From Mobula hypostoma (taxonomy: Eukaryota), in NCBI RefSeq assembly GCF_963921235.1, contig NC_086118.1, forward strand, positions 27,406,001 to 27,470,000: a stretch of 64,000 nt of DNA. The letters run 5' to 3'. Positions 24,540-38,880 of this stretch are shown one piece after another. The translations under genes and the position numbers were made by a program. The notes beneath the pieces are model-generated. The model was not told the DNA's origin. It searched no databases and saw nothing but the letters and a program-made list of their open reading frames with translations. Position 1 is the stretch's first letter, and each line of letters starts with the position of its first letter.

Positions 24540-27500
24540 TTTTACTACTCGGGGTAAAAGAGAGGCAAGACTGTGCAGGCGTGTGATGTCAGCCAGTAGA
24601 GTGGGAAAAGTTTAAAAAGAAGACCGCCATATCCAGCGGGCAGCGTTCAGAGCAGGCAGTGGAGTGAGAGGTAGCAGAGTGATAGGGCTTTGGCTCAATG
24701 GGCTTAGGCAGTAACAAGGCAAAGTAGGTTTAATTGTGTTAACTGCAGAAAGGAAGTATGTGTGTGAGGCCGGTGTTCTTTGCTCGGTGTCAGATGTGGG
24801 AAGTCCTGGAGTCTCTCACCCTCCCGGACGGCCATATTTGCACCCGGTGTGTCGAGCAGCAGCTCCTAAGGGACTGCGTTAGGGAACTGGAGTTGCAGTT
24901 AAATGACCTTTGTCTGGTCAGGGAGAGCAAGGAGGTGATAGAAAGGAGTTATAGGCAGGTGGTCACACCAGGGCCACAGGAGACAGACAAGTGGGTAACA
25001 GTCAGGAGAGGGAAGGACAAGAGTCAGGTACTAGAGAGTACCCCTGTGGCTGTACCCCTTGACATAAGTACTCCTGTTTGAGTACTGTTGTGGGGGACAG
25101 CCTCTCTGGGGAAAGCAACAGTGGCCGTGCCTCTGACATAGAGTCCGGCCCTGTGGCTCAGAAGGGTAGGGAAAGGAAGAGGAAGACAGTACTGATAGGG
25201 GACTCTATAGTTAGGGGGTCAGACAGGCGATTTTGTGGACGCAGGAAAGAAACTTGGATGGTAGTTTGCTTCCCAGGAGTCAGGTTCCGGGATGTTTCAG
25301 ATCGCGTCCATGTTATCCTGCAGTGGGACGGAGGACAGCCAAAGGTTGCGGTACATATTAGTACCAATGACATAGGTAGGAAAAAGGAAGAGGTCCTGAA
25401 AACAGACTACAGGGAGTTAGGAAGGAAGTTGAGAAGCAGGACCGCAAAGGTAGTGTGATCTTGGGATTACTGCCTGCGCTAAGCAACAGTGAGTATAGGA
25501 ATAGAATGAGGTGGAGGATAAATGTGTGGCTGAGGGATTGGAGCAGGGGGCAGGGATTCAGATTTCTGGATCATTGGGACCTCTTTTGGGGCAGGTGTGA
25601 CCTGTACAAAAAGGACGGGTTGCACCTGAATCCTAGGGGGACCAATATCCTGGCGGGGAGGTTTGCTAAGGCTACTGGGGAGAGTTTAAACTAGAATTGT
25701 GGGGGAGAGGGGGTGAGAACCGAACTGAAGAGATTGGGGAAGAGGCAGCTGGGTCACAAATAGAGAAAGCTTGTAGGCAGTGTGAGAGGGAGGATAGGCA
25801 GGTGATAGAGAAGGGACGCACTCAGATGGACGGTTTGAGATGTGTCTATTTTAATGCAAGGAGTATTGTGAACAAAGCAGATGAGCTTAGAGTGCGATCA
25901 GTACTTGGAGCTATGAAGTGGTGGCCATTACAGAGACTTGGATGGCTCAGGGACAGGAATGGTTACTTCAAGTGCCGGTTTTTAGATGTTTCAGAAAGGC
26001 CGGCAGGGAGGTAAAAGAGGTGGGGGCAAGGCACTGTTGATCAGAGATAGTGTCACGGCTGCAGAAAAGGTGGACGTCATGGAGGGATTGTCTACGGGGT
26101 CTCTGTGGGTGGAGGTTAGGAACAGGAAGGGGTCAATAACTTTACTGGGTGTTTTTTATAGGCCGCTCAATTATAACAGGGATATCGAGGAACAGATAGG
26201 GAAACAGATACTGGAAAGGTGTAATAATAACAGAGTTGTCGTGATGGGAGATTTTAATTTCCCAAGTATCGATTGGCATCTACCGAGAGCAAGGGGTTTA
26301 GATGGGGTGGAGTTTGTTAGGTGTGTTCAGAAAGTTTTCTTGACACAGTATGTATATAAGCCTATAAGAGGAGAGACTGTACTTGATTTGATATTGGGAA
26401 ATGAAACTGGTCTGGTGTCAGATCTCTCAGTGGGAGAGCAATTTGACCATAATCCTATCTCGTTTACAATAGCATTGGAGAGAGATAGGAACAGACAACT
26501 TAGAAAAGCATTTAATTGGAGTAAGGGGAAATCAGGAAGGAAATTGGAAGCTTAAATTGGGAACAGATGTTCTCGGAGAAAAGTACAGAAGAAATGTGGA
26601 AAATGTTTAGGGGATATTTGTGTGGAGTTCTGCATAGGTACATTCCAATGAGACAGAGAAGTTATGGTAGGGTACAGGAACCGTGGTGTACAAAGGTTGT
26701 AATAAATCTGGTTAAGAAGAAATGAAAAGCTTACAAAAAGTTCAGAGAGCTAGGTAATGTTGGAGACCTAGAAGATTATAAGGCTAACAGGAAGGAGCTC
26801 AAGAAGGAAATCAGGAAAGCAAGAAGGGGCCATGAGAAGGCCTTGGCAGGCAGGATTATAGAAAACCCCAAGACATTCTACAAGTATGTGAAGAGCAAGA
26901 GGATAAGACATGAAAGAATAGGACCTATCAAGTGTGATAGTGGGAAAGTGTGTATGGAACTGAAGGAGATAGCAGAGGTACGAAATGAATACATTACTTC
27001 AGTATTCACTATGGAAAAGGATCTTGCTGAATGTAGAGATGACTTGCAGTGGACTGAAAAGCTTGAGCATGTAAGTATTAAGAAAGAGGATGTGCTGGAA
27101 CTTTTGGAAACCATCAAGTTTGATAAGTCACCGGGACCGGATGAGATGTACCCCAGGCTACTATGGAAGGTGAGGGAAGAGATTGCTGAGCCTCTGGCAA
27201 TGATCTTTGCATCATCAATGGGGATGGGAGAGGTTCCAGAGGATTGGAGGGTTGAGGATGTTGTTCCTTTATTCAAGAAAGGGAGTAGAGATAGCCCAGG
27301 AAATTATAGACCAGTGAGTCTTACTCCAGTGGTTGGTAAGTTGATGGAGAAGATCCTGACAGGCAGGATTTATGAACATTTGGAGAGATATAATATGATT
27401 AGAAATAGTCAGCATGACTTTGTCAAGGGCAGGACGTGCCTTACGAGCCTGATAGAATATTTTGAGGATGTGACGAAACACACTGATGAAGGAAGAGCAG

Positions 27501-28689
27501 TAGATGTAGTGTATATGGATTTCAGCAAGGCATTTGATAAGGTACACCATACAAGGCTTATTGAGAAAGTAAGGAGGCATGGGATCCAAGGGGACATTGC
27601 TTTGTGGATCCAGAACTGGCTTGCCTACAGAAGGCAAAGAGTGGTTGTAGACGGGTCATATTCTGCACGGAGGTCAGTGACCAGCGGTGTGCCTCAGGGA
27701 TCTGTTCTGGGACCCTTACTCTCATGATTTTTATAAATGATCTGGATGAGGAAGTGGAGAGATGGGTTAATAGGTTTACTGACAACACAAAGGTTGGAGG
27801 TGTTGTGGATAGTGTGGAGGGCTGTCAGAGGTTACAGCAGGATATTGATAGGATGCAAAACTGGGCTGTGAAGTGGCAGATGGAGTTCAACCCAGATATG
27901 TGTGAAGTGGTTCATTTTGATAGGTCAAATATGATGGCAGAATATAGTATTAATGGTAAGACTCTTGGCAGTGTGGAGGATCAGAGGGATCTTGGGGTCT
28001 GAGTCCCCAGGACACTCAAAGCAGCTGCGCAGATTGACTCTGTGGTTAAGAAGGCATTTGGTGTATTGGCCTTCATCAATTGTGGAATTGAATTTAGGAG
28101 CCCAGAGGTAATGTTACAACTATATAGGACCCTGACCAGACACCACTTGGAGTACTGTGCCCAGTTCTGGTCACCTCACTACAGGAAGGATGTGGAAACC
28201 ATAGAAAGGGTGCAGAGGAGATTTACAAGGATGTTGCCTGGATTAGGGAGCATGCCTTATGAAAACAGGTTGAGTGAACTTGGCCTTTTCTCCTTGGAGC
28301 GACAGAGGATGAGAGGTGACCTGATAGAGGTGTATAAGTTGATGAGAGGCATTGATCGTGTGGATAGTCAGAGGCTTTTTCCCAGGGCTGAAATGGTTGC
28401 CACAAGAGGACACAGGTTTAAGGTGCTGGGCAGTAGGTACAGAGGAGATGTCAGGGGTAAGTTTTTTATGCAAAGAGTGGTGAGTGCGTGAAATGGGCTG
28501 CCGGCAACAGTAGTGGAGGTGGATACGATAGGGTCTTTTAAGAGACTTTTGGATAGGTACATGGAGCTTAGGAAAATAGAGGGCTATGGATAAGCTTAGT
28601 CATTTCTAAGATAGGGACATGTTCAGCACAACCTTGTGGGCTGAAGGGCCTGTATTGTGCTGTAAGTTCTCTATGCTTCTAAGTTTCTA
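24540..28689 (+). mobile_element. Near full-length but inactivated CR1 LINE
   Basis: 5' UTR; ORF1 with CxxC zinc finger (CQMW..HICTRC) and SGNH esterase (GDSIVR, STND, DGLHLN); ORF2 endonuclease (MGDFN) and RT (DFSKAFD, GVPQGSVLGP, FTDN); tail ttctatgcttctaagtttcta; several frameshifts and stops. Confidence 0.95.
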
Positions 28690-29619
28690 TCCTTTGCCAG
28701 TAAGGCAGTTCACTCACAAGAGCTGTGATTTTTGTCTGTTACGCTCCACTGGTGCTGGTTTTGGTCTAAATCGAGAAAAGTCACATATATTAAATTTCCT
28801 CTCAGTCCTTGAGGTACAAACTGGCTGGTTTTGTTGGTGTCTAACACAGGAGGATTATGGTCGTTTTTCACAGATAATTGGGCAACGGTGAACTTGTAAA
28901 TCCCAAAGCTCGAGAGCCTTGAACACAGCTCTTCTGCCATTTTTGACATTGAGTCTAAGTGCCTTTGATGTTCATCAACACAAAGTAAATATCCAAGTCT
29001 GGAAACTATCCAATGTACTAAACCTTAAAGAATAAAATCTGTTCCAGGTGGCTGCTTTGTAGCGATATGAATGTGAAGTAAAAGCACTGTAACTGCAGCA
29101 CAAGTTCTCTGATTCTACCAAGCTAGGCTGTCAAAATGCTGCCAAAATATTTCAACCTAATTTAAAAATAAATTTGTTCCAGCCATCAAATTGAAAGGAG
29201 AAGGAAAAGTGACAGAGAAAAAAAATGATTAAACGAATTAAACCATAAATAGTAATGGTTGTAGGGGAAAGCATGGAATAAAAGTGAAAAATACAATAGC
29301 AAGAGAAAATAATCACAAGCCAGCAAAATAAGAATCGCAAAGAGACAGCAGAGAGTTGCAACCAGTAGAAGGTAGATGACCTTGACAGTGAAGATCTGTG
29401 AAGATGCCGCTATAACGCTGAATCTGATCCCAGTCTGATTTGAGAATGTAGTTGAATTGCCTGCCAGGCATGCTCCCTGAATGTATTTCATGCTATTTGA
29501 GTTTAGCATCAGGTGGATTTTAACTGCACAGTGACTATTGTTTATATATATATATATCAGCTGCTAGTTTTATTCCCCTACTGCTGTGCATCACATATTC
29601 TTTCTTGTTTGCTAAGTAA

Positions 29620-30442
29620 CTGAAATACAATGTTGGAAAGTATATGGTTATGCACTTTGGCAGAAGAAATAAACGGGCAGACTATTATTTAAATGGGGAA
29701 AGAATTCAAAGTTCTGAGATGCAACGGGACTTGGGGGTCCTCGTACAGGATTCCCTTAAAGTTAACCTCCAGGTTGAGTCGGGGGTGAAGAAGGCGAATG
29801 CAATGTTGGCATTCATTTCTAGAGGAATAGAGTATAGGAGCAAGGATGTGATGTTGAGGCTTTATAAGGCGCTGGTGAGACCTCACTTGGAGTACTGTGG
29901 GAAGTTTTGGTCTCCTTATTTAAGAAAGGATGTGCTGACGTCGGAGAGGGTACAGAGAAGATTCACTAGAATGATTCCAGGAATGAGAGGGTTAATATAT
30001 GAGGAACGTTTGTCCGCTTTTGGTCTGTATTCCTTGGAGTTTAGAAGAATGAGGGGAGACCTCATAGAAACATTTTCAATGTTGAAAGGCATGGACAGAG
30101 TGGATGTGCAAAGTTGTTTCCCATGATGGGGGAGTCTAGTACGAGAGGGCATGACTCAAGGATTGAAGGGCGCCCATTCAAAACAGAAATGCAAAGAAAT
30201 TTTTTTAGCCAGAGGGTGGTGAATCTATGGAATTTGTTGCCACGGGCAGCAGTGGAGGCCAAGTCATTGGGTGTATTTAAGGCAGAGATTGATAGGTATC
30301 TGAGTAGCCAGGGCATCAAATGTTATGCTGAGAAGGCGGGGGTGGGACTAAATGGGAGAATGGATCAGCTCATGATAAAATGGCGGAGCAGACTCGATGG
30401 GCTAAATGGCCGACTTCTGCTCCTTTGTCTTATGGTCTTATG
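29620..30442 (+). mobile_element. CR1 3' fragment
   Basis: RDLGV..LYKALVRPHLEYC..RRMRGDLIETF; 3' UTR ending tcttatggtctta. Confidence 0.92.
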
Positions 30443-30539
30443 ACTGGAATTTGCCAGCCAATCTAATAATGGAGTCTCTCAGTGAGAACGGAGGTTTTAG
30501 TGGGGGCCAGCATACTTGAGGGCCTCTGTTGCCCAGGTT

Positions 30540-31108
30540 GACGATGGATGTTGCTTCACAGCTGTCTATGTGATATGCAAGCCAGGGCAGTACAATATGG
30601 AGAGCAAGCTGTTGCCCATGCAGCAGACTCCCCTTCTTCACACAGCTGTTGAATCCAAGACCTATACACTTTGGCACCAGTGGTGTCGCAGGAGTTACCA
30701 GCCAGCATTGAACTCAATGTAGGACTGCCTTAGGGACACCAGCTCTGGATTTTTCCTCAGGGTTACTCCCAAAGCCTTCCCCGTGAGTGGGTATAGCGGC
30801 AAAGCACCGGAGGTTTGAAATCAGAGTTTTCCTTCTCCATGAGCCGCCAATCATGGCTGACAAGCCCCACCTGCCTGAAACAGCTGGTTTAAGGCACCAG
30901 TAACCCGCCTTTGCCCTGCCTCCTGTCAGTAGAAATGGTTCCACTGGGTTTAGTAACTAATCCACATGCGAAGGCCAGGAGCTGGTCTTGGTTGTCAGAG
31001 GATATTTGAGACACATGCCATTGGGAGCATTTAGTAGGTAATGGGAGCTTATCCTCATTATTACACCCCCCCCTCCCCACTCCTGGTTATGACAACCTTA
31101 AGGAACCA
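30540..31108 (-). mobile_element. Non-coding element resembling an RTE-clade 5' UTR / non-autonomous derivative
   Basis: GC-richer block sharing gttgcccatgc..ctcccc and cttggcacc.gt..tgtcgcag with the SINE tail at 48745-48845. RTE assignment is from recall of such families. Confidence 0.45.
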
Positions 31109-31691
31109 AGCCTGGCCAGCATTACTCTGGTGCTAAACAGATGATTTTTCTGTCTTGTGCTGTCCAATTAAATAATGATTAAATTCTAACTTTCATTCAA
31201 AAATGAAACTTAACTGATGGAGGACCTAAGAGTAAGGATCATGAAGACCTTGTATGGTATAGAGAGGTACAGTTATGAGAAGAAAGACTTTTGACCCATC
31301 AAGCGCATACTACAACTCTGTGGTATCATTTAATCAATCCCTGTAGCCTTGCAAATTACGTCCCTTCCAATGTCCAACTTACAGTTCTCTTTGCAGAGCC
31401 TTAGCTTTTAGAAGTATTTCCCCTCAACATTAATGATCAGGTTGGCACAGAGATCATCTGTATTTACTGACAAGTACCTTTATTGGCTCAGCTAAAAACA
31501 CATGAATTTACAAAACTAAGTACCTGTGTGCACATCCACGAGGTTTCCCTGTCTCTGCATGAGTGGTCAAAGAAAAGAAAAGGTAATAGAGTCTACACTG
31601 GCCAGGAATTCTTCTTGCATTAACGAATAGAGTAGCCACTGAGTGTAGATATGAACATTGGAATCTCTCTGTTTCTACACACCCTTTAGTA

Positions 31692-31772
31692 CAGGAGTTC
31701 CCAACCCGAGTTCCGCAGATCCCTTGCTTAATGATATTGGTCCATGGCATAATAAAAGGTTGAGAACACCTA
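31692..31772. mobile_element. 81-bp hAT-Charlie-type MITE
   Basis: Imperfect TIRs caggagttcccaacc / ggttgagaacaccta; 8-bp TSD ctttagta / ctttagaa with the central TA typical of Charlie targets. Confidence 0.7.
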
Positions 31773-33024
31773 CTTTAGAATAAATCCTATGATCATCGGG
31801 TACCTAGCAAGAAGTGAGACCAATTGTTTGATTCTTGACACAAGATGTGTGGAAAAAAATTGATACAAAAGAGAAGAGGATAAGGTGAATTAGACTCAAT
31901 CTAAATACAGAAAAAGTAAATATCTGTGAATACAATTTTCTGTTTTTAGCAATGAGATCCACCTTCCACCACCATTTGATTAAATTGTTCCCTTTCTGGG
32001 ATAGAGGGTCTGAACACTATGTGGTGGCAGCTCTTCCTTTTTCTGGTGAGTTTAATTGCTAATGAATGCTCAAATGGAGCAATATTCTAACATTCACAGA
32101 CTGATTGAGTGTGAGCTGCCAGTTTTACAAAAGGCACATCAATAATCTGCATATCACCCAGAAAGTTCTGGCAATTTACAATTCATGTGCAATTGCTGAG
32201 TGATTTGTATTTCAAACTCAGTAGTATTTCAGCAGTAATGTCTGGACTAAAAAGTGAATTATGAATTGAGAACTGGAAGCTGCTTTTTTAAGATGTACTC
32301 CCAAATAAGTAAGAATATCGTGTAAGTGAAACACTAATATTAAGCCATGTTCAAACTTGTGTGGTTGTGTCAGAAAGCAATTTTTGGAAGGAATATGCAA
32401 TTTAAACATGATTTACCCTTTTGACCAATACTTAAAAAATACATTTGCAAGTCGTCCCAAACTGATGAAAAATAATAAGTAATATAATTGCTTACTGATC
32501 TGTCATTTTTTCTTATATATGCAATACCAATCATAGTAAATTACAAACTTGTGTTTCTGTTGGCATGGAAATTATTTGTGAAGAGGAATTACATTGATGA
32601 CCTACAATTTGACATTGGAACTTTAGACTTAATCAGCTCAAAAATGACCTGCATTATGTAATATAATTTCAGATATACTGTATACTGTAGATGCAACTGA
32701 TTTGCTTGTGGGAAGAGAGCAACGCATTCACTGCTATCGTTGTTGTAGAAACAAAGGCATTTGCCCTATTTTTACAGAGGACTTATGACAGAGAATGAGG
32801 CCATTTGGCCAATTTTATTTGTATTCATCAAAAAGGAATAATCTGGTATAAGCCTACATTTCGCCACGTCATGACTTATTAAGTACATATTTTTGCTTAA
32901 CTTAATGAATGCTGGTGTACTGATGAGGCCAGTTTTTACTACACCCCCAATCTCTCATGAGAAGATGGTGGTGAACTACGTTGTTGAACTCCTGCAATGC
33001 TACAGTGCTGGTTATAGCATTGTA

Positions 33025-34312
33025 ATCAGGCCAAAGTCAATCAGGCTTTAGATGATCTGAGTGATGGGATCAACATGCACTAAACAGTGCATCCTAACTC
33101 CTTCACCATTGTTTTGGGGGATTTTAACCAGGCCAGTCTGGAAAAAATCACTGAGCAATTACCATCAACAGGTCATTTGCAATACCAGAGGAAACAGCAC
33201 ACTGGACCACTGTTACATCACCACCATGAATATTTATTGCGATATTCCATGCCCTCACTTTGGGAAGTCTGATCACCTGGCTGTACTTCTACTCTCTGAG
33301 TATAGACAGAGACTGAGGACAGCAGCACCAGTTGTGAGGACCAAGAAATTATGGATAAGAGAAGCACAGGACTGCTTTGAATCGATGGACTGGACTGTAT
33401 TCAGGGATTCATCTTTGAACCTGGATGAGTATACTGCAGTTGTTACTGACGTCATTAAAACCTGTGTGGATGAGTGTGTGCCTACAAGGACTTACTGCAC
33501 ATTCTCAAACCAAAAGCCGTGAATGAACCAAAAGGTACGTCGTCTGTTGAAGGCTAGATCTGTGGCATTCAAGCCTGGTGGTCCAGGCCTGTACCAGAAA
33601 ACCAGGTATGATCTGTGGAGGGCTATTTCAAGGGTGAAATAGATTAATGGCAGATGCAATCTCAATGGCTCTCCACACGGCTTTAGACCACCTAGACAAC
33701 ACAAACACCTATGTCAGGATGCTGTTCATTGACAATAGCTCAGCATTTAATACCATCGTTCTCACAATCCTGATTGAGAAGTTGCAGAACCTGGGCCTCT
33801 GTACCTCCCTCTGCAATTGGATCCTTGACTTCCTAACTGGAAGACCACAATCTGTGTGGACTGGTGATAACATCTCCTCCTTGCTGACGATAAACACTGG
33901 TGCACCTCAGAAGTGTGTGCTTAGGCCACTGCTCTACTCTCTATATACCCATGACTGTGTGGTTAGGCATAGCTCAGATACCATCTATAAATTTGCTGAT
34001 GATACAACCATTGTTAGTAGAATCTCAGATGAAGACGAGAGGGCGTGCAGGAGTGAGAGATGCCAACTAGTGGAGTGGTGCCGCAGCAACAACCTGGCAC
34101 TCAACATCAGTAAGACGAAAGAGCTGACTGTGGACTTCCAGAAGGGTAAGACGAAGGAACACATACCAATCCTCGTAGAGGGATCAGAAATGGAGAGAGT
34201 GAACAGTTTCAAGTTCCTGGGTATCAAGATCTCTGAGGATCTAACCTGGTCCCAACATATTGATGCAGTTATAAAGAAGGCAAGACAGCGGCTATACTTT
34301 ATGAGGAGTTTG
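33025..34312 (+). mobile_element. Rex1/Babar-type LINE fragment (endonuclease end plus RT, internally deleted)
   Basis: [52 protein letters not shown]. Confidence 0.9.
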
Positions 34313-34444
34313 ATGAAGAGTCTTGGCCCAAACTATCAACTGTTTAGATGCTGACTGGACCGCTGAGTTCTTCCAAAATTTTGTGTGTGTTGCTCTTGCA
34401 AGTTCCTCTCCAAGTCAAGCACTATTCCAACTTAGAAAGCTACT

Positions 34445-35330
34445 AACAACAGGAATTCTGCAGATGCTGGAAATTCAAGCAACACACAACAAAGTTGCTG
34501 GTGAACGCAGCAGGCCAGGCAGCATCTGTAGGAAGAGGTGCAGTCAACGTTTCAGGCTGAGACCCTTCGTCAGGACTAACTGAAGGAAGAGTGAGTAAGG
34601 GATTTGAAAGTTGGAGGGGGAGGGGGAGATCCAAAATGATAGGAGAAGACAGGAGGGGGAGGGATAGCGCCAAGAGCTGGACAGGTGATAGGCAAAATGG
34701 GATACGAGAGGATCATGGGACAGGAGGTCCAGGAAGAAAGACAAGGAGGGCGGGGGACCCAGAGGATGGGCAAGAGGTATATTCAGAGGGACAGAGGGAG
34801 AAAAAGGAGAGTGAGAGAAAGAATGTGTGCATAAAAATAAGTAACAGATGGGGTACGAGGGGGAGGTGGGGCCTTAGCGGAAGTTAGAAAAGTTGATGTT
34901 CATGCCATCGGGTTGCAGGCTACCCAGACGGAATATAAGGTGTTGTTCCTCCAACCTGAGTGTGACCCAGACGGAATATAAGGTGTTGTTCCTCCAACCT
35001 GAGTGTGGCCTCATTGCGGCAGTAGAGGACTGACATGTTAGAATGGGAATGGATAATGGAGTTAAAATGGGTCGCCACCGGGAGATCCCACTTTTTCTGG
35101 TGGATGGAGCATAGGTGTTCAGCAAAGCAGTCTCCCAATCTACACCGGGTATCACCAATACACAGTAGGCCACACTGGGGACACTGAATACAGTAGATGA
35201 CTCCAACAAACTCACAGGTAAAGTGTTGCCTCACCTGGAAGGACTGTTTGAGGCCCTGAATGGTAGTGAGGGAGGAGGTGTAGGGGGTGGTACGGCACTT
35301 GTTCCACTTGTAAGGATAAATACCAACTGT
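34445..35330 (-). mobile_element. Penelope-like element 3' portion with GIY-YIG endonuclease
   Basis: GVIYCIQCPQCGLLCIGDT..RLGDCFAEH..PVATHFN..RLEEQHLIFRLGSLQPDGMN; pyrimidine-rich 3' UTR; terminal repeat with hammerhead motif at 34542-34578. Confidence 0.92.
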
Positions 35331-35809
35331 TATCCATTATGGACAATCCGGCACATCCTCTCCATGTCCTCCTGAACAAACAGCAGAGCACCTTTTCGAA
35401 CACTCATTCAGCTCACATGATAGTTACAGAAAATCTTTCCTACCATATGCAAAAAGCATATACAACAGATCATCTCTGTGCCACAGAGTGCGACTTCATA
35501 GTACAGTAGTCTCTGCTTTATTATTTTGTACATCATTATTGCACATTGGTAAAATATTATTGTGTGTATTATTTTTCTGTACTTTATTATTAGTTAAGTC
35601 TGCATGCTGCTAAGTGTGTTTTTAAATGTTGCTGCAGTAAGGAAAGAATTTCTCACTCGGGATCAGTAAAGTACTGATTATTATTATTATTATTATTAAG
35701 AGGGAGATGAATGGGGAGGGATAAATGGACATGGGAGTCTTGTAAGGACCGATCCCTGTGGAAAGCATAAAGTGGGGTGGGGGCGGAGGGAATGATGTGA
35801 TGTTCCTAT

Positions 35810-36390
35810 GTATTTGCCACCCTTCTACAGATGCACAGTGGAGAGTGTCCTGAATGGTTGCATCATGGCCTGGTATGGAAACACCAAAGCCCAGGAATGG
35901 AAAGCCTACATAAAATGGTGAAAACAGCTCATTACAGGCTAATCCCTCCCCATCAGTGGGCACATTTACAAGTAGCACTGGCACAAGAAAGCAGCGTCCA
36001 TCATCAAGAATCCATTCCATCCAGGCCATGTACTCTTCTTGCGACTACCATCGGGCAGGGGGTGCAGAAGCCATAGGCTCCTAACAACTAGGTTCAGGAA
36101 TAGTTATTACCCGATCATTACCAGACTCCTGAAGTAGCGTAGATAACTTGACTTACCTCATCACTGCACTGATTCCACAACCTACAGACAACATTCAAGG
36201 GCTCTACAACTCATGTTCTCAGTATTATTTATTTACTTTCCTTTTATTTGCACATTGGCTGTTTGGCAATCTTTGTTTATGTATAGTTTTCATAAATTGC
36301 ATTTCTTTATTTTCTCATAAATTCCTGCCAGAAGATGAATCTCCAAGTAGTATATTGTAACATATACATACAGTGTTGATAAATTTAAAT
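35810..36390 (+). mobile_element. Rex1/Babar-type LINE 3' end
   Basis: ttctacagatgcacagtggagagtgtcctga..aagaaagcagcgtccatcatcaagaat.. is homologous to 11775-12070 and 14655-15130. Confidence 0.7.
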
Positions 36391-36399
36391 TGACTTTTC

Positions 36400-36672
36400 C
36401 AGCCCTTGATCTCTTTTATCAAATGACTTTCCAGCTCTTTACTTCAACCCTCCCCCTCCCAGTTTCACTTATCACATTCTACCTTGTACTTCTTCCTCCC
36501 CATGATCCAACTTTCTTATCTGACTTCTCATCTATTTTTTTTCCAGTCCTCATGAAGAGTCTCAGCCTGAAACGTTGACTGTGTTCCCTTTTTCCATAGA
36601 GGCTGTAGCATTTTCCTGTAGCATTTTGTGTGTATTACTTTGATTTCCAGCATCTGCAGATTTTCTCTTGTT
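36400..36672 (+). mobile_element. Old Penelope-type 3' terminus
   Basis: cagtcctcatgaagagtctcagcctgaaacgttgactg ... atttccagcatctgcaga is a diverged copy of the terminus at 34445-34582. Confidence 0.7.
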
Positions 36673-37789
36673 TTTTTACTTGACTTTGACTGTTTGACTT
36701 CCTGAGATAGAAATCATGGTTTTGTGAGGTACCTCAGTAAGTAACCGCATTACATTTTGTAGGTGGTATGTACTGCAACCACAGTATGCTGATGAAAGAG
36801 GCAATGAATATTCAGTGGTTGATGAGGTAGAAATAAGCTGGCTACTCTCTCCTGGCTGATATTGAGGTTTTGCAGTGATGTTGGAGCTAAGCTGATGGAG
36901 GCAAGTGAAGAAATGAAGAGGATTTTATCATGTGGCTAGAAGGCATTGGGGTGTCAAGAAGTATGTAAGTCACAGGAAACCTAGTCACTGCCCTGTTCCT
37001 TGAGCCATGGAATTTACATGGGTGGTCCATTAAAGTTTCAGGCATTTGATGATATGTTGATGGGGGGATCTCACCACTGGTAGTAGCAAGACATGGCTAT
37101 GGCAACATTGGTTTGCTGTAGATGGGTTTTGCCTGGCACATGAGGTGCAATATTTTAGCCCAACTCCATCCAGGCACTTTTTAAATATGATGGAGGTTTT
37201 GCCTTTATGGTGAAGTCTAAGCCATTGTCATTTGCCACATTGTCATTTGCCAAACTAATGATATAACATCTCCTCCTCCTGATTTTGAACTCTCTGCAAA
37301 GGGAAATAGACCTTTCCTAATCCCAATACTTCCAATTACTTTAATAAATCTCATTTAAATCTCCAAAGAAATCCCCCATTCCAAAGAAAACAGCTTTTCC
37401 AGTCTTGCCTCATTACTAAGATTTTCCATTCCTGGCAACATCCTTCAATATTTCCACTGCACCTTTTCCACTGTCAGGGACAGTAATCTCTAATATGTCT
37501 ATTCAGCAGATATTGTATCATGCTGTCATCTAATAACTGTGACAAATGGTTAGAGCTCTTGCTGCTGTGAGAAATATGCAATGTATCTGTTGGGGCTAGA
37601 GAGTAATGAGACTTATTCAATTGCTATTCAATTCTAATACTTTTTTTTGTATGATTTAATAATCTGCAGTTGGTTTACTTTCCTCAGTAATATCTGGCAT
37701 GCAAACGCTGATAGAAATGAAAGGATCACTGGTTTGTTGTGATCTGATAATCTTAACACCGATAGTTAAGGTGATCAGGTTAAACAATA

Positions 37790-38880
37790 TAAATATAGAA
37801 AGTATGAGCAGGGTAGTTTAGTTAATCCATTGGTCTTGTTCCAGCATTCAACACAAGCATAGCTGGTCATTCACTTTATTGCCCTACCTCTGGCCTACAA
37901 CCCCCTAGCCATTTACACACTCACCTACTCTTCATTGCTTGATCCTTTGAGATGAAGAAAAATAACTCCCTCTTGAATGTATTTAATGACTTCTGTGATA
38001 AAGAATTTCATATATTTGCCAATCTCTGGATGAAGAAATTTATTCTTACAGTCATACCCCATATACTGAGTGTGTATTGCCTGGCTCTGGACCCCCTCTC
38101 CATCAAGAACATCTTCCCTGTACCAGTCCTGTATGAGATCTTCACCCTCTACAGTCCTCTACAGTCTAGTGAATATTGATCTAACCAACACCATCTGTAT
38201 TCTTAGCTCTTGACATCCTAAGAATTAGTCTGAGAAACATTTGTTTCACTCTCTCCATGGCATGAGCATCAATCCTCAGATCAGAAGACCAAAACTGCAG
38301 AGAGAGTCTCAACAAGCCCTTACAGAGCAGCAGCAAGACACGCTTGTTCCTGTACTTAAGTCCTCTTGTAGCAAGAATCTACAATCTGTCTTCCTATACT
38401 GGAAACTTCTTTGCCTTATACAATTGGTGTAAGAGAACACCAGGTCATTTCACTATACCTTTTCCTAATCTTCATCATTTAGATAACCTATCTTTCTGAT
38501 TTTAGGACCCATGTTAATAAGCTCACATTTATCTGCATTATCTTCGATTTTGCCCACTCACCCAATATGTGTAAATAACTGTCCTTTTGCATCTTTTTCA
38601 CTGTTCATATAATCCTCAGCGCAGCCCTTCACATTTTCCTCCTCTCAGCTTTGTCATCCAAAACCTCGGAGATTGTACATTTAGATCTCTCATCTGAATT
38701 ATGAATCGTTGAGTCCAATAACCAATCCTTGAAGCATGCGATGAGTCACTTGCCACCAGAATGTGGCTTTATTTTATTTTTACACTTAACTTTTTGTCAG
38801 TTAACCAATTATCAAACTGTGCAGTATAGGTATGAGCCCCAATTCTATGCATTTTAATTTAGTATGATAACCTGGATTCC
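37790..38880 (-). mobile_element. Very old CR1 3' fragment
   Basis: Patchy similarity to CR1 3' ends (ctctggatgaagaaatt, tgcccactcacccaa, tttgtcatccaaaac). Confidence 0.5.
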
